A stretch of DNA of 32,000 nucleotides. It comes from Methanomassiliicoccaceae archaeon. GTDB taxonomy: Archaea > Thermoplasmatota > Thermoplasmata > Methanomassiliicoccales > Methanomassiliicoccaceae. Location of the stretch: contig CAVSDP010000035.1 in the NCBI GenBank assembly GCA_963726655.1, positions 87,840 through 119,839 on the forward strand. The letters are read 5' to 3'. Positions 16,269 to 30,330 of this stretch are shown piece by piece (the stretch's first letter is position 1; every line of letters starts with the position of its first letter). The position numbers were made by a program, and so were the translations under genes. Under the pieces are notes generated by a model that was not told the origin of the DNA, made no database searches, and saw only the letters and a list, made by a program, of their open reading frames with translations.

Positions 16269-16993
16269 CAGACGCTGAGATACAGGGTGTTCTATAAAAA
16301 CTTGATTGCTCTTATGCTCTGTCAAGAGATAAATTATCAGCTGGATAATTCAAGTTCTGATCGAAGAAATAGAATATTGTACTCAGCGATCCACTTTTGG
16401 ACGGTAACTGGACAGGCCAAGAACGATCCTAAAGTAGCACATCAGTTCGAATGGGCTAACAACTCGTTGAACTACCGCACTCTTATTACGCGTTTCATCT
16501 TTCGTCCTATAGTTCGAAGCGAATTCATGAATGCCAGCAGTGGTCGACTGTCAGAAAAGTTCAGTCCCGGTCGTTCTAATGGTATACCGTTGACTTCCGA
16601 TATGATCACGGTCCATTATGCGTTCCTTGAGCATCACAGTATGCTCGCCCTCATTCTCTAACCGCTCAGTACTCGTAGGCATCCAGCTAGCCCATGGTCA
16701 AAGATGACCTACGCTATGGGACTCTCTACCCGGGCGGACCGGATAAGAACATCAGTAATATCAGAAAACATAAATGTAATGGCGTTGTTAGGCTGCAACA
16801 AGTGATGACGCTGTCCCTAGATCATCTGATCACGATCAACTAAAATGTCCGATGTCGATAATGATCGCAGGATCGATCGATGTGCCTTCATTTATAGATC
16901 ACTTTCATCGCAGACTTAGTAATCTAGCAATGGATATTTCATAACAGGACAAAATAGTTGCCCCAGTAGCAAGATATAACGGATGGAGTAAAG

Positions 16994-17395
16994 ATGAGAA
17001 TATCCCGTGAAGAGAAAGCAGCAGAACATTTTCACTGCACTACGAGGGAAAGAGCTGTGTTCGAAGCTGGTATCAAGTTAGCAGGGGTATATCATCAGTT
17101 CATTGGAACACCAATATCGGGATCGAACGTCATTAGTTTGGAGAAAGCGATAGAGGACGGCATCAAGGTACAGCCGTTCGTAGAGAACGCATCTGTTCAC
17201 ATAAGACGCGATCGTCTCCGCCAGAAACGCAATGAGTATGATTATCAGTCACTCACGGGAGATATGCTCGAGGTCGATGTCGAGATAAGGATCGAGAACA
17301 TAAAGGTCAAGGCGATCATGCGCTATCTTGATGACATAAAATATCCTTTGATGTTCATCGAGTCCATCACAGATAGTGAAGTAAGGGACCAGTAA
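16994..17395 (+). CDS. mptD: Archaeal dihydroneopterin aldolase MptD-like (COG2098)
   Basis: The RERAVFEAGIKLAGVYHQFIGTPIS block and a size of about 130 aa match my recollection of the MJ0408 family. Not verified by search. Confidence 0.55.
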   Translation: MRISREEKAAEHFHCTTRERAVFEAGIKLAGVYHQFIGTPISGSNVISLEKAIEDGIKVQPFVENASVHIRRDRLRQKRNEYDYQSLTGDMLEVDVEIRIENIKVKAIMRYLDDIKYPLMFIESITDSEVRDQ

Positions 17396-17596
17396 GCATC
17401 GTAACATATCTATGATCGGTCGATGTGGCTGGATAAGAATATTAGGCTTTATGCTATATTCGTAAGGGAAAAGGAGCTATTGCTATTAGATACTGGACCT
17501 TTCTTGACGAAAATATAATTATAATGAATCACAATACCGGGACCCACTTGGGTAAGAACAAGCAGGACATAAGGTAAGTTTGATTCTGGTGACCAG

Positions 17597-18138
17597 ATGA
17601 AGACAACGATGAAAATTGGCATTACAGGGCTCCCTGGAGCTGGAAAAACCCATGCTTTGCTCAAGGTCATAGAGATGCTTGAGGCCGAAGGTGTAAAGGT
17701 GGGTGGGATGGTCACAGAACCGATAGTGGAGAATAATAGAAGAACTGGTTTTGCGATAATCGATTGGTCCGACAAACAAAGGGGAGTATTTGCTCACGAG
17801 AGCATACAGTCGAAATTCATGGTCGGCAAGTTCGGTGTCGACCTGAAGGTCCTTGAGAAAATTGGCGTCAAAGCGCTCATGAAAGCATGCGAAGACGCAG
17901 ATGTGATCGTCATCGACGAAGTGGGACGGATGGAAGTAGAGTCCGAACCGTTCATTGATACGGTAAAGTATGCACTGGATGTTGAGAAACCTATGCTACT
18001 GACACTTCATAAGAAATCAAGGAACCCACTTCTACAAGATATACGGCGAAGGGATGATGTAAGGATACTTGAGGTGACCCCTATCAACCGTAACCTACTT
18101 CCATACAAGATAATGAAGCTCATGAAAGGAGAGCTCCT

Positions 18139-18142
<4 letters not shown>
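17597..18142 (+). CDS. Nucleoside-triphosphatase THEP1 (COG1618)
   Basis: MKIGITGLPGAGKT (Walker A), VIVIDEVGRME (Walker B) and a size of about 180 aa. The start may be the Met at 17609. Confidence 0.8.
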
Positions 18143-20602
<2,460 letters not shown>

Positions 20603-20640
20603 ACTGGAAAGACCTAGGTCTTTCCAGTTTTTATCTTTTC
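20603..20640 (+). terminator. Perfect 26-nt palindrome followed by a T-tract
   Basis: ACTGGAAAGACCT/AGGTCTTTCCAGT (20603-20628) starts immediately after the purA TGA and is followed by TTTTATCTTTTC. It lies between convergent purA and the glycosyltransferase. Confidence 0.6.
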
Positions 20641-20668
20641 TAACATATTCATATATCGGTCCGCTGTC

Positions 20669-21717
20669 TTATCCACATGTCGATATATGGTCGCTGAACG
20701 GTCCTACCTTGATCGGTTCTTTTGGATATAATATAGAAGCAATGATATCAGTAAGTTCATTCAGCTCATACGGCGGGTCAATGCCATAGCAACCTGGCTC
20801 TCCGATATATTCTGCAAGTGCTTGGGTCCTGGAGACAAGACATGGAGCACCGCAATTGAGCGCTTCTGCTACCACAAGACCATACGCTTCCTTGTCGGAT
20901 AAGAGAACGAATAGGCTGGCCTTGTTATATTCCTTATTAAGGGTCATTTCATCCACTGCCCCTAACCACGTTATTCTATCGGATATGCCCAGATCCCGAA
21001 GCCTTTGAGCTGAGCTCAGATCTATTTGGGCCCTCCCCGACTATCCTGAGCTTACATTCTAGCCCGCGGCCCTTGAGCATCTTCATTGCGTCCATTATAT
21101 AATCTATGCCCTTATAGTCGACGATCCGGCCAACGAAAAGAATGGTACCAGGTTCCCTTTTGATATCATTCAACATCTTGCTCTTTACGCCCGGTGAGAC
21201 TATGGTCATCTTATCAACGAACTGCGGGAAATCCTTGCTAAGGATATCCTTCTCAAAAACCGAGTTAAGGATTATGCCACTGCTCCATTTGAAAGCACGC
21301 TGACCCATTGGCTTATAGAACCTGAGCATCCCGCTCCTAAGATCAGTCTGCCCCTTCCCATGGTAATGCGGTGTGAACAGGAACGGTATATCCTTCATCC
21401 TGCAGAACAAGCTGGTCTCCATACTGAGAGGTATAGGATAATTCTGGATCGACGCGACATCAAAATGATCTTTCCTATTGATACGAGATAAGAATATCCA
21501 GACATCCATTCGGATACCTCCCTCAAAACGCGCTTCATAAGGAAAACGGACCACTCTGACCCCGTCGATGACCTCATCACATTTACCGTTCTCTCCGAAC
21601 AGTTATCACGGTCACCTTATGTCCCGCCTTAACGAACCTATCTGATAACTGCTTGATCCCTACCTCGACGCCGCCTATCGATGGATAATAATGCTTGTTC
21701 TCAAGGAGGATATGCAT
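20669..21717 (-). pseudogene. GT4-family glycosyltransferase; two frame breaks
   Basis: Three collinear pieces:
- N-terminal, from the ATG at 21717: MHILLENKHYYPSIGGVEVGIKQLSDRFVKAGHKVTVIT
- middle: ...FGENGKCDEVIDGVRVVRFPY... to LRIVGEGPNRSELS
- C-terminal: QRLRDLGISDRITWLGAVDEMTLNKEYNKASLFVLLSDKEAYGLVVAEALNCGAPCLVS

The breaks lie at about 21598-21603 and 21004-21017, and each behaves as one extra base. The locus is 1049 nt, which is 3n+2. Confidence 0.8.
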
Positions 21718-21719
21718 GG

Positions 21720-21902
21720 TCACACCGTTCGTTGAACTATCCCGTCATTTCGGGCTAGGTCTCTTGATCCTTCCAAGCGACTTGGATCATAATCTATCGC
21801 TATAAGGCGGTCGTGAACATTCCCATGAGCATCCAATGTCCACCATGACTTCCTACCCCCCTGTTCGATAGAATAAAAATGGAAGTTGTGAGCGAGCATC
21901 AT
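21720..21902 (-). CDS. Hypothetical small protein upstream of the glycosyltransferase
   Basis: Its stop lies 2 nt from the GT start, which suggests co-expression. An upstream ATG in another frame at about 21982 (MVASILGLSGKHSTYGHPIELKYYLTEYGND) could join it through one more frame break. I recognise no family. Confidence 0.3.
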   Translation of the reverse strand: MMLAHNFHFYSIEQGGRKSWWTLDAHGNVHDRLIAIDYDPSRLEGSRDLARNDGIVQRTV

Positions 21903-22134
21903 TGCCGTACTCAGTAAGATAGTATTTGAGCTCTATGGGATGACCGTATGTACTATGCTTTCCACTGAGCCCTAGTATGCTCGCTACCATCCCCGAGCTT
22001 GATGGGTGTATCTCTTGCTCGATCGGTTAAATGGTCGACCTTGATAATGGGTCATCCATCATCAAGGTCCGGTCATTCCAGTTAGCCCGCTCTTGGGCAT
22101 TATGCAGTGCACTGCGATATATTAGACAGAACCG

Positions 22135-23397
22135 CTAGTTGATAATACTGTCGTACCCGCTAGCTCCGAAAGGCTTTGTAGCATCAACTATGACCTTGGA
22201 TGTTGTCCCATTAGCGCTGGGGTCGAGCGAATGATCCTGCGGCATTGTTGACCACTGTTAGTGCTCTCGAGGCCTGGAAACGGGTCGCTTCAGCCCATTC
22301 CACCTGGCGGTCGTCGTAGATGTCGATATCCTCATCTACCACGGTGACCTTTTTCATGGATGGATGACCTGAAAGAGCAGCGAGACCAGCATTCACTCCA
22401 TCACCTTCCTTGTTCTTCGTTATCGAGACCACTCCATGAAGCCAACAGCATCCTCCCTCCGTCAATCTAACACCATTGACCCTTGGTACTACCTGGTTGA
22501 CCGTACGGTATATGATAGGCTCACGGGGAAGCCCCATTAGCATAAAATGCTCATTCAATCCCGGCACGAGCAGATGGAATATCGGGTCCTTCCGCATATA
22601 GAGCCTATCGACCTCGAATATCGGTGCTGGGCGTACCTTATCATATGTACCGGTGATATCCAAGAATGGACCTTCATCCTCCATCTTGGATGTTATCCGA
22701 CCTTCCATCACTACCTCGGCCTGAGCAGGTACTATCAGACCGCTTTTCAGCTTATAGACCTCAAGCGGTCCACCGACCGTGCTCTCTTTCAATGAAGATG
22801 CTATCCTCATCTCATCGGTACCAAAATCAGTCGACGTAGCTGCGGCAAGCAATACTGGAGGACAGACTCCCATCACGAATGCGACCGGCAGGTCCTTTCC
22901 ACGCTCTTGGCTAAGCTTCCACATCGTGTACAGATGTCTTGGTACCAATCTGATCGCGAAGCTGCCGCTGTCCCTCAGGCGCATGCGGTGGAACGAAATG
23001 TTCCTTTTTCCATCAAGCTCAGAAATGGCCACGGCCGATGTTATGTACCTTCCCTGATCGCCAGGGAAATACTTAGGTATGGGCATCTCCCTTAGATCGA
23101 ATTCCGTCCTGACGTCATCAAGGAACGGAGCTTTACTTACAAGCCGTGGTTCTTTTGGCTCGCTTATTGATCCGAGGATCTTTTTATAAGCTCTTCACGT
23201 TTTATATTCATTGCCCAGCATGTTCGCTCCCTAGTGCTCCATATATTACCAGCAGCACGATAGCCACCTAGATCGTTGAACATAATGGGGGTCGTTGGGC
23301 GTTCCGCTAGCATCTTTGAGACCTCAAGCTCCAGCGGAACATTCTCATTCACCGTTACCAGGTCCTTCATGTCGGACAACAGGTTTCGCAAAGCCAT
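22135..23397 (-). pseudogene. UbiD-family (prenyl-FMN dependent) decarboxylase; two frame breaks
   Basis: Three collinear pieces:
- N-terminal: MALRNLLSDMKDLVTV...PIMFNDLGG
- core: FHRMRL, EGPFLDITGTYD, GGCCWLHGVV
- C-terminal tail in a third frame: SLDPSANGTTSKVIVDATKPFG

Break 1 lies in the T5 run at 23181-23185, where LIK|KILGSISEPKEP needs one more A on the coding strand. Break 2 is an extra base at about 22230-22231. The net length is 1263 nt, which is 3n. Confidence 0.8.
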
Positions 23398-23638
23398 GGA
23401 CGGGTGATCGTGAGAAGTGCTTATTAATGATCACCACGAAGGATAGCCTATTCCTGAGCCTCCCTCTTCCATGACCTACTACAAAATAGAACAGAAGATG
23501 AGAACAATAAATGGTATACAGTCCCCCTCAATGCCGCTCTTTCTTATTCGGCTTATGCGAGAGTTCTTTTATCATACCTACCAAAATGCCGACCATACAT
23601 ACGAAAGTTAAAAATTAATGATGGACAATGGCCGAGTG

Positions 23639-25326
23639 ATGTCCACCGAGCTAAAGGAGATCGTCAGGAAGTATGCGCTTCAGAACGCCGCCTTATATGG
23701 TGGCAAAGCCAACCCTAAGGCAGTTATGGGAAAAGTATTGGCAGAACAGCCAGAATATCGTTCACGTGCCAAGGAGGTTGCGGCCGTTGCAGATGATGTC
23801 TGTCGAGAGATCGCAGAGCCTTCCGTTCGACGAGATAATCAAAATGGTGGAAAAGACGGACCCCTCCCTTCTTAAGAAGGTCAAGGAAGAGCGGAAACAT
23901 ATTCTTCCAGAACTTCCTGGCGCAGAGGAGGGCAATGTTGTAATGCGCATGGCTCCCGGCCCTTCAGGTCCTTTACATCTGGGCCATACCAGGGTCTCGA
24001 TACTGAACGATGAGTATGTGAAGCGCTACAAGGGAACATACATAGATCGGCTCGAGGATACTAATCCAGAAAAGATCGACCCCGATGCATACAAGATGAT
24101 CCCTGAAGACCTTGAATGGCTTGGTGTTCATGTTGATAGAACGGTCATCCAATCTGACCGCTTTGAGATATATTACGATATCGCAAGAAAGCTCATTGAT
24201 CTGGGCAAAGCATACGTTTGTACATGCCCTGCTGAGCCATGGAGAAAGATGAAAGAAGAGGAGAAAGCATGCCTACATCACGATCAAAGCCCAGAGGAAG
24301 CCCATGAAGGGCTTGACAAGATGCTTTCCCATTACTATGGCGAAGAAGAAGCGGTCCTGGTGATCAAGACCGATATACATCATCCAAACCCAGCGATACG
24401 GGATTTCATAGGCTTGAGAATAGTTGATACAGTTCCTCATCCAAGGACAGGTACCAGATATACGGTCTACCCGATGATGAACTTCTCTGTAGCTATCGAT
24501 GACCATCTGCTTGGCATGACCCACATCATACGTGGCAAGGACCATCTCAATAATACAGTTGAGACAAGAATATATATTCGACTATTTTGGTTGGAAAAAA
24601 CCATGGTATTTCCACTATGGGCTTGTTCGTATTCCAGATGCTATACTAAAAACGTCCACTGTCGGAAAGGGGATCAAGACCGGTGAATATTCTGGATGGG
24701 ATGACATAAGGCTTGGTACGGTAAGAGCCATGGCAAAGCGCGGTATAAGGCCGGAGGCTATCCGGAACTATTGGCTTGACGTAGGTATGAAAGAAGTGGA
24801 CATAGAGTTCGCATGGGATAATCTGTATGCGTTCAATAAGCAGGTCATAGACCCGATCGCCGATCGCTATTTCTTCGTCTGGGAACCGGAGATGGTCAAT
24901 ATCATCGGGGCTGAAAAAATATCATCTCGTTCCCCATTGCATCCAGATCATCCAGAGCGTGGGACCAGGGTGCATGATATGACATCGCCCATAATGGTCT
25001 ATATGACAAAAGATGACCTCAACGGCTTCAAGGAGAGGGGGACTGTACGGCTCAAAGATCTTTGCAATCTAAAATGGGACGGAAAGAGCGCCGTATATAC
25101 TGGTAACGACCACAATGTCCTGAAAGAGGGTGTAAAGATAGCACATTGGGCCCCGCCTAACGCGGTCGAATGCAACATTCACATGCCGGATGGGACCGAT
25201 AAGAAGGGGAAGTGCGAGCCGATACCGACATCAGAGGAAAATAAGGAGATCCAGTTCGAAAGGTTCGGATTCGTGAGAATATCTTCGGTCTCACCGAATG
25301 TTGATGCGTACTTCACTCAAGGCTAG
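23639..25326 (+). pseudogene. gltX: Glutamyl-tRNA synthetase, archaeal type; two frame breaks
   Basis: N-terminus KYALQNAALYGGKANPKAVMGKVL, HIGH-type block PSGPLHLGHTR, then THIIRGKDHLNNTV | RQEYIFDYFGWKKPWYFHYG, then GWDDIRLGTVRAMAKRGI. The breaks lie at about 23819-23820 and 24560-24562, each behaving as one extra base. The start is either 23618 or 23639. Confidence 0.88.
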
Positions 25327-25528
25327 GATGATATGGCAGGAGATCTGCCTATCCTTCCTTTATCAGTGAACAAGCTTCTCATTCCCGAACCTTCACGGTC
25401 GGTCAGCTAATGACTGACCGCCGAGCGACCAGGGGACGTTATGCATGATGAGATGAGCCGAATGGGACCATGTTCTGGGGCTTTCCGATCACAGTTGGAA
25501 ATGATCACCGGTAAAATGATGATCAGTT

Positions 25529-26221
25529 CTAGGCCTTTTTCATCTTTGCGAATATTGTGCTAAAACCATTTTTGCTAAGATATTCCTTATTTTGTCCTCT
25601 CTCAAGGATCCCATTGAACAAAGGTTTCCTTCTAAGGATCCATTTTGATACATAAAGATCATTGATACTGACTATCTCCCACCATCCGCCCTTTATTTCG
25701 ATCTGCTGGATATTGAGCCCATTATCCTTGGACAATGATATTATTTTTTCCTTCCCATAATGCCTGTGGCCCATTAACCAGAAAGCAGGATCGAAAATGA
25801 TCGATCTCAATGAATCATTGGGTGTTGACATATAGAATGTACCACCAGGCATCAGCACTCTATATATTTCAGAGAACATTTTATTCTCGGTCCCATAAGG
25901 GATATGTTCCAGAACTTCCCAGCTCACAACTGCATCAAAGCTCTCATCAGGAAATGGTAGTTCTATCGCGCTTCCGACCTTAAATATCGCCCTAGAATTT
26001 TTTATCGACCTCCTTGCGGTCACCAGGTCATCTTCTGACCTTTCAATTCCACTGATTTCTTTAACTCCGGCGTCAAGTGCGAAAAGTTCGAACCAGCCGA
26101 AACCACAACCAACATCCAATACTTTTCTATCTTTTAGATCCATCTCATTTATAAAACTAGTTGAGAATAATATCCGTCCATTAAGCTCAGTAGCAGCATT
26201 TTCATCAAGTAAATTCTTCAA
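25529..26221 (-). CDS. Class I SAM-dependent methyltransferase
   Basis: VLDVGCGFGWF (motif I), DAVVSWEVLEHI and LMPGGTFYMSTPN. The start at 26221 is a TTG. The substrate is unknown. Confidence 0.75.
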   Translation of the reverse strand: MKNLLDENAATELNGRILFSTSFINEMDLKDRKVLDVGCGFGWFELFALDAGVKEISGIERSEDDLVTARRSIKNSRAIFKVGSAIELPFPDESFDAVVSWEVLEHIPYGTENKMFSEIYRVLMPGGTFYMSTPNDSLRSIIFDPAFWLMGHRHYGKEKIISLSKDNGLNIQQIEIKGGWWEIVSINDLYVSKWILRRKPLFNGILERGQNKEYLSKNGFSTIFAKMKKA

Positions 26222-26509
26222 AATACAGGACCCCTTTATTTTTACACGACTGGACTTTCGACCATTACTATTTTGACCTTTTCATTTGACCCAGCGCTTC
26301 TATTGCCAAGATGTCATGCTGAGAACATAGAAAGGGGGTATAACATGGTAATGAATGGGCTACACTGATCTAACTTATTGACCTTATTACATATATTCAA
26401 TGAGCTAGAAAAAGTTCTAGAGCGAACATATTCCACTGGGGTCCCCCTGCCACTTGAGCCTGCGCAGGTTTCACAAAATGGCCAATGATGATCGCTCAGA
26501 TATCGAATC

Positions 26510-28477
26510 TTACATTAGCGCCTTTGACAATCTTTCTGATAGTTGGATACGTTCAATGGCAAGACCTGCCTGGTTCATGAAAGATTGTATGATCCGTTCA
26601 CGGTCCAATCTAGTGATATCATCCACTTCGTTGACCCCTATGCCGATCACACCCAGGATGCCATTTGGGGTCCTGATGGGATAATATCTAAGGTCCGCTG
26701 ATGAGGAGCGTGTCCGTTCCCTTACCTGCTGATATTCCATTGCGGAAGGTCCACCTAGCTGCGGCGATCTCCTTATCGTCGATCTTGAATCCTCTGCTGG
26801 CACGGATCAGCTTTAGATCGCCGTCACGCGAAAGGAAGTGCACGGAGCCACATTGACATACCATTGTGATATGACGCTCCATTATGTCCATGACAGTTGC
26901 GATGGTAGTGGCTGTTACAAGATCCAAACTAAGGGAGTACTGTGAAGATGTATAATCACTTCTTCTCTGGGCAGCGGTCGCATAGTTCTTTGATCTTATC
27001 ACTAGCATACTTATCACTACCCCTATGAATACGAACGTCGCCATCGTGATAAGGTATTGCGAATCGGTGAGCGAGAAATTGAGGTATGGTGGTATGAAGA
27101 AGAAGTCAACGACTATACCGCTCGCCAACGCAGTAAAAATAGCTAATCGTATGTTCCATAATACCGCTGCTATCACCACGCCGATAAGATATATCATCAC
27201 AAGATTGGTCGTCTGGAGGAACGATTGGAGAAGCATGTCGATGATAGTGAACGATATGACCATCCATGTGCAAAAGAAGTAAGGTCTCAATTTTTTATGA
27301 TCGAATATCTCTTCGCTCTCTTTCTTCTTTTCTTCAGCTTTCCCCTCTTCCTGTATCTCCTTACTTTCCAAAGGTGAGTTGATTATCATCAGGTCGAAAT
27401 CACTGCTTATGCTTACCAGCTGGTTGACCATCGATCCAAATATAAGCTCATACCATGCTGGCCGTCTGGACCTTCCTACGATCACCCTTGTTATGTTGTT
27501 CTTTTTTGCATAGCGAATGACCTCTTCAGCTATGGAAATGCCATAGGTGGTGGATGTCTTTGCGCCCAGGGACGCCGCTAGTTCTATACCCTTCAGAGCC
27601 TCAACAGTTAGATTGCCTTGAGGATAGACGATTGTTAGTTGGGGTCTCAACGTAGATCGCATGCCATTCGGCTTTTAGCTCATCGGCTAATCGTTTTCCA
27701 GTATGAACAAGCCGTGAATTGAGCTGCTTTGAGTTTCCGATGCATATCAACAATCTTTCCTTTGTTGGCCAGGGGCCAGTTATGGAACGACTGCGCATAT
27801 ACTCTAACATCTGTTCATCTACGCACTCTGCGGCGCATCGCAGTGTCATCTCCCTCAATGCGATCAGATTGCCTTCATTGAAGAAATTATCGATCGCCTG
27901 CTCGACCTGATCCGGGACATAGACCTTTCCCTCTTTGAATCGCTGGATAAGCTCTTTTGGAGGAAGGTCCACTATCTTTATCTCGTTGGCCTCGTTCAAT
28001 ACCCCATCAGGTATGGTCTCCTTTACTTTTACACCGGTTACCTGAGCTACAATATCATTCATGCTCTCAAGGTGTTGGATATTCAACGTGGTGTAGACAT
28101 CGATCCCAGCGTCCAGGATCTCTTGGACATCCTGATAGCGCTTGGTATGCCTTGCGCCTATGACAGTTCGTATGAGCTAACTCGTCGACCAACACAAGCT
28201 CCGGCGCTCTCGCGATCACAGCATCTATATCCATTTCTTCAAGCACGATACCATGATACTCTACCTTGACCTGCGGGATCTCTTCCAGTCCTTTCTTGAG
28301 CTCCTCAGTATCTTTACGCCCATGAGTTACGATACAGCCTATGACGACATCTGCCCCTTTTTTTGAACGCTGATGCGCATCATCAAGCATCATGTATGTC
28401 TTTCCGACACCTGCAGAGTACCCTAGGAATACGGTCAATTTGCCTTTGCCCTTCTTGCGCTCTTCCTCATTGACCAT
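26510..28477 (-). pseudogene. kdpD: KdpD-type sensor (KdpD-N, Usp, 4 TM, GAF) without histidine-kinase domains; three to four frame breaks
   Basis: Collinear with the N-terminal 650 aa or so of E. coli KdpD: GYSAGVGKTYMML, VDELAHTN|VIGARHTKRYQDVQEILDAGIDVYTTLNIQHLES, GNLIALRE, WHAIYVETP, Usp-like ITRVIVGRS, a hydrophobic block, then GAF-like GKGTDTL...YYPIRTPNGILGVIGI. It stops at ...AIERIQLSERLSKALM*, where the HisKA domain would begin. The breaks lie at about 28160-28170, 27610-27625 and 26695-26715. A possible fourth break at 28503-28511 would move the start to the ATG at 28523 (MSANEEGWNPDALLK...). Confidence 0.8.
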
Positions 28478-28535
28478 CTTCAGAAGAGCATCTGGATTCC
28501 ATCCTTCCTTCGTTCGCGCTCATGTCAGGTCCCCA

Positions 28536-30330
28536 TCACATCAGGGTCTCGATGATCGGCCCCAAGGCTAGAGCTAAAAAGTAGCTCAGCGCCCCTACAA
28601 GGACGATCACACCTATCAACCATATCATGAACATTGGCGTATACGTCGGCAGCGTCCCAGATGATGTTGGAGTGATCTTCTTCTCGCTCAATGAGCCCGC
28701 CAGCGCCATCGTCAGACCGATAATAACGAAACGACCGATGATCATTGCTATAGCTAGCGTGATATCGAAGAACAACGAGTTAGTATCAAGTCCTGCGAAA
28801 GAGCTCCCATTGTTGTTCGCTGTAGATGTGAATGCATACAGTATCTCCGTGAACCCTTGTGGACCCGTATTCAATACTGCCGTCCTTCCTTCTGGGAGCA
28901 AAACTGCTATTGCCGTAAGGATCAGGACCGTAGCTATCGGTGTTATCAATATCCATGTGCACAGCTTCATCTCATGCGGCCCTATCTTCTTGCCTAGGTA
29001 TTCCGGCATTTTCCCTATCATTAAGCCAGCTATGAACACAGCTATGATGATGAAGACGACCATGCCATACATGCCCACCCCTACGCCTCCGAATACCACT
29101 TCTCCGAACATTATCAAAGCGAGAGCGGACATACCGCCAATAGGCGTATATGAGTCAAGCATGGAATCTACAGCGCCGCAGGATGTCGCTGTACAAGTAG
29201 TATCGAATAGGGCGGAAGGCACAACGCCAAAGCGTAGTTCTTTACCCTCCATATTTCCTCCTGGCTGATATGGCGTTGACATCTGTGATATCCCACCGAC
29301 GTTCGCAACAGCCGTATTCCCGCCCTCTTCTGCCCATATCATAACACCTGCGAAAGCGGAGAAGAGAACCAGCATGACGATCAATATCGCTATGCCTTGC
29401 CTTTTATCACCTACCAGTCGCCCATAAGAAAAGCATAGACCGACCGGTATCAATAGAACGGTGATGGTCTCTAAAAGGTTAGTCAATAATGTTGGATTTT
29501 CGAATGGATGAGCAGAGTTTGCATTAAAGAAACCTCCCCCGTTCGTGCCAAGCAATTTTATCGCTTCCTGAGAAGCGACCGGACCGACAGCTATCAATTG
29601 CGTTGTCGTACCATTATGTGGGTCTATGAGCTGTGCGGTTATCGGGCCGTTCAATGTTTGGACCGTTCCTTGGGATACAAGTACCAAGGAGATCAGCGAA
29701 AACGATGGGCAAAAGGATCATGGTGGCCCTTGTCATATCAACCCAAAAGTTCCCAAGGTCCTTTGAGCTCCTATTTCTTATGCCCCTAATCAGTGCAATA
29801 AGGACCGCAAGCCCAGTAGCAGCTGATAAGAAGTTCTGTACTGTGAGCCCCACCATTTGAGTGAAATAGCTCATCGTGGTCTCGCCGGAATAAGATTGCC
29901 AGTCAGTGTTCGTCACGAAGCTTACCGCAGTTTGGAACGCGAGGCCAGGAGGACCGAGCTTAGATGTTGTGGGTTCAATGGAAGTATGCCTTGTATCATC
30001 ATGATGAGCATAAGTACCAAGAAGCCAAGACCGTTGAATATCAGGATGCAAAGAAGATACAGTTTTCCAGGTCATTCCCTTTTTATCCACTCTAGCTGGC
30101 CTATATATCCAGCCTTCGATGCGCCTGCAAAACCTTCTGATAGCTCCAAAACGTTGTTTCTTTTCGGGTTTGTCCTCCTCGTATACTTGGGTTATGAGAT
30201 TACCCATGAGCCAGGCAAGAGGAAAGAGTATCGCCGCGAACAATATTATGTATAGCCAATCTGACCCTGTCAGTCCAAGAAATGCTGTGTTCGGGGGGGA
30301 CGTCGATACCTCCGATGTTAAAGCGGTCAC
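28536..30330 (-). pseudogene. kdpA: K+-transporting ATPase subunit KdpA; three frame breaks
   Basis: [69 protein letters not shown] and STANNNGSSFAGL are present. A segment of about 37 codons (about 30060-29950) is out of frame; the other frame reads [34 protein letters not shown] further break lies at about 29694 (IVFA|[12 protein letters not shown]). The proposed GTG start at 30330 is in frame with the long ORF 29614..30999. Confidence 0.85.

Noticed and set aside
16257-16661. 134-aa plus-strand ORF in the nadA-mptD spacer.
   Set aside because: It overlaps the nadA 5' end in antisense. It has no recognisable motifs and unremarkable composition, so it is treated as non-coding or unknown.
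21903-22134. Possible additional gene or pseudogene between the UbiD-like stop and the small ORF at 21720..21902.
   Set aside because: Only short fragments interrupted by stops are present. One plausible ATG-initiated piece could join ORF 21720..21902 through a frame break. Without any family match I cannot support a call beyond a note.
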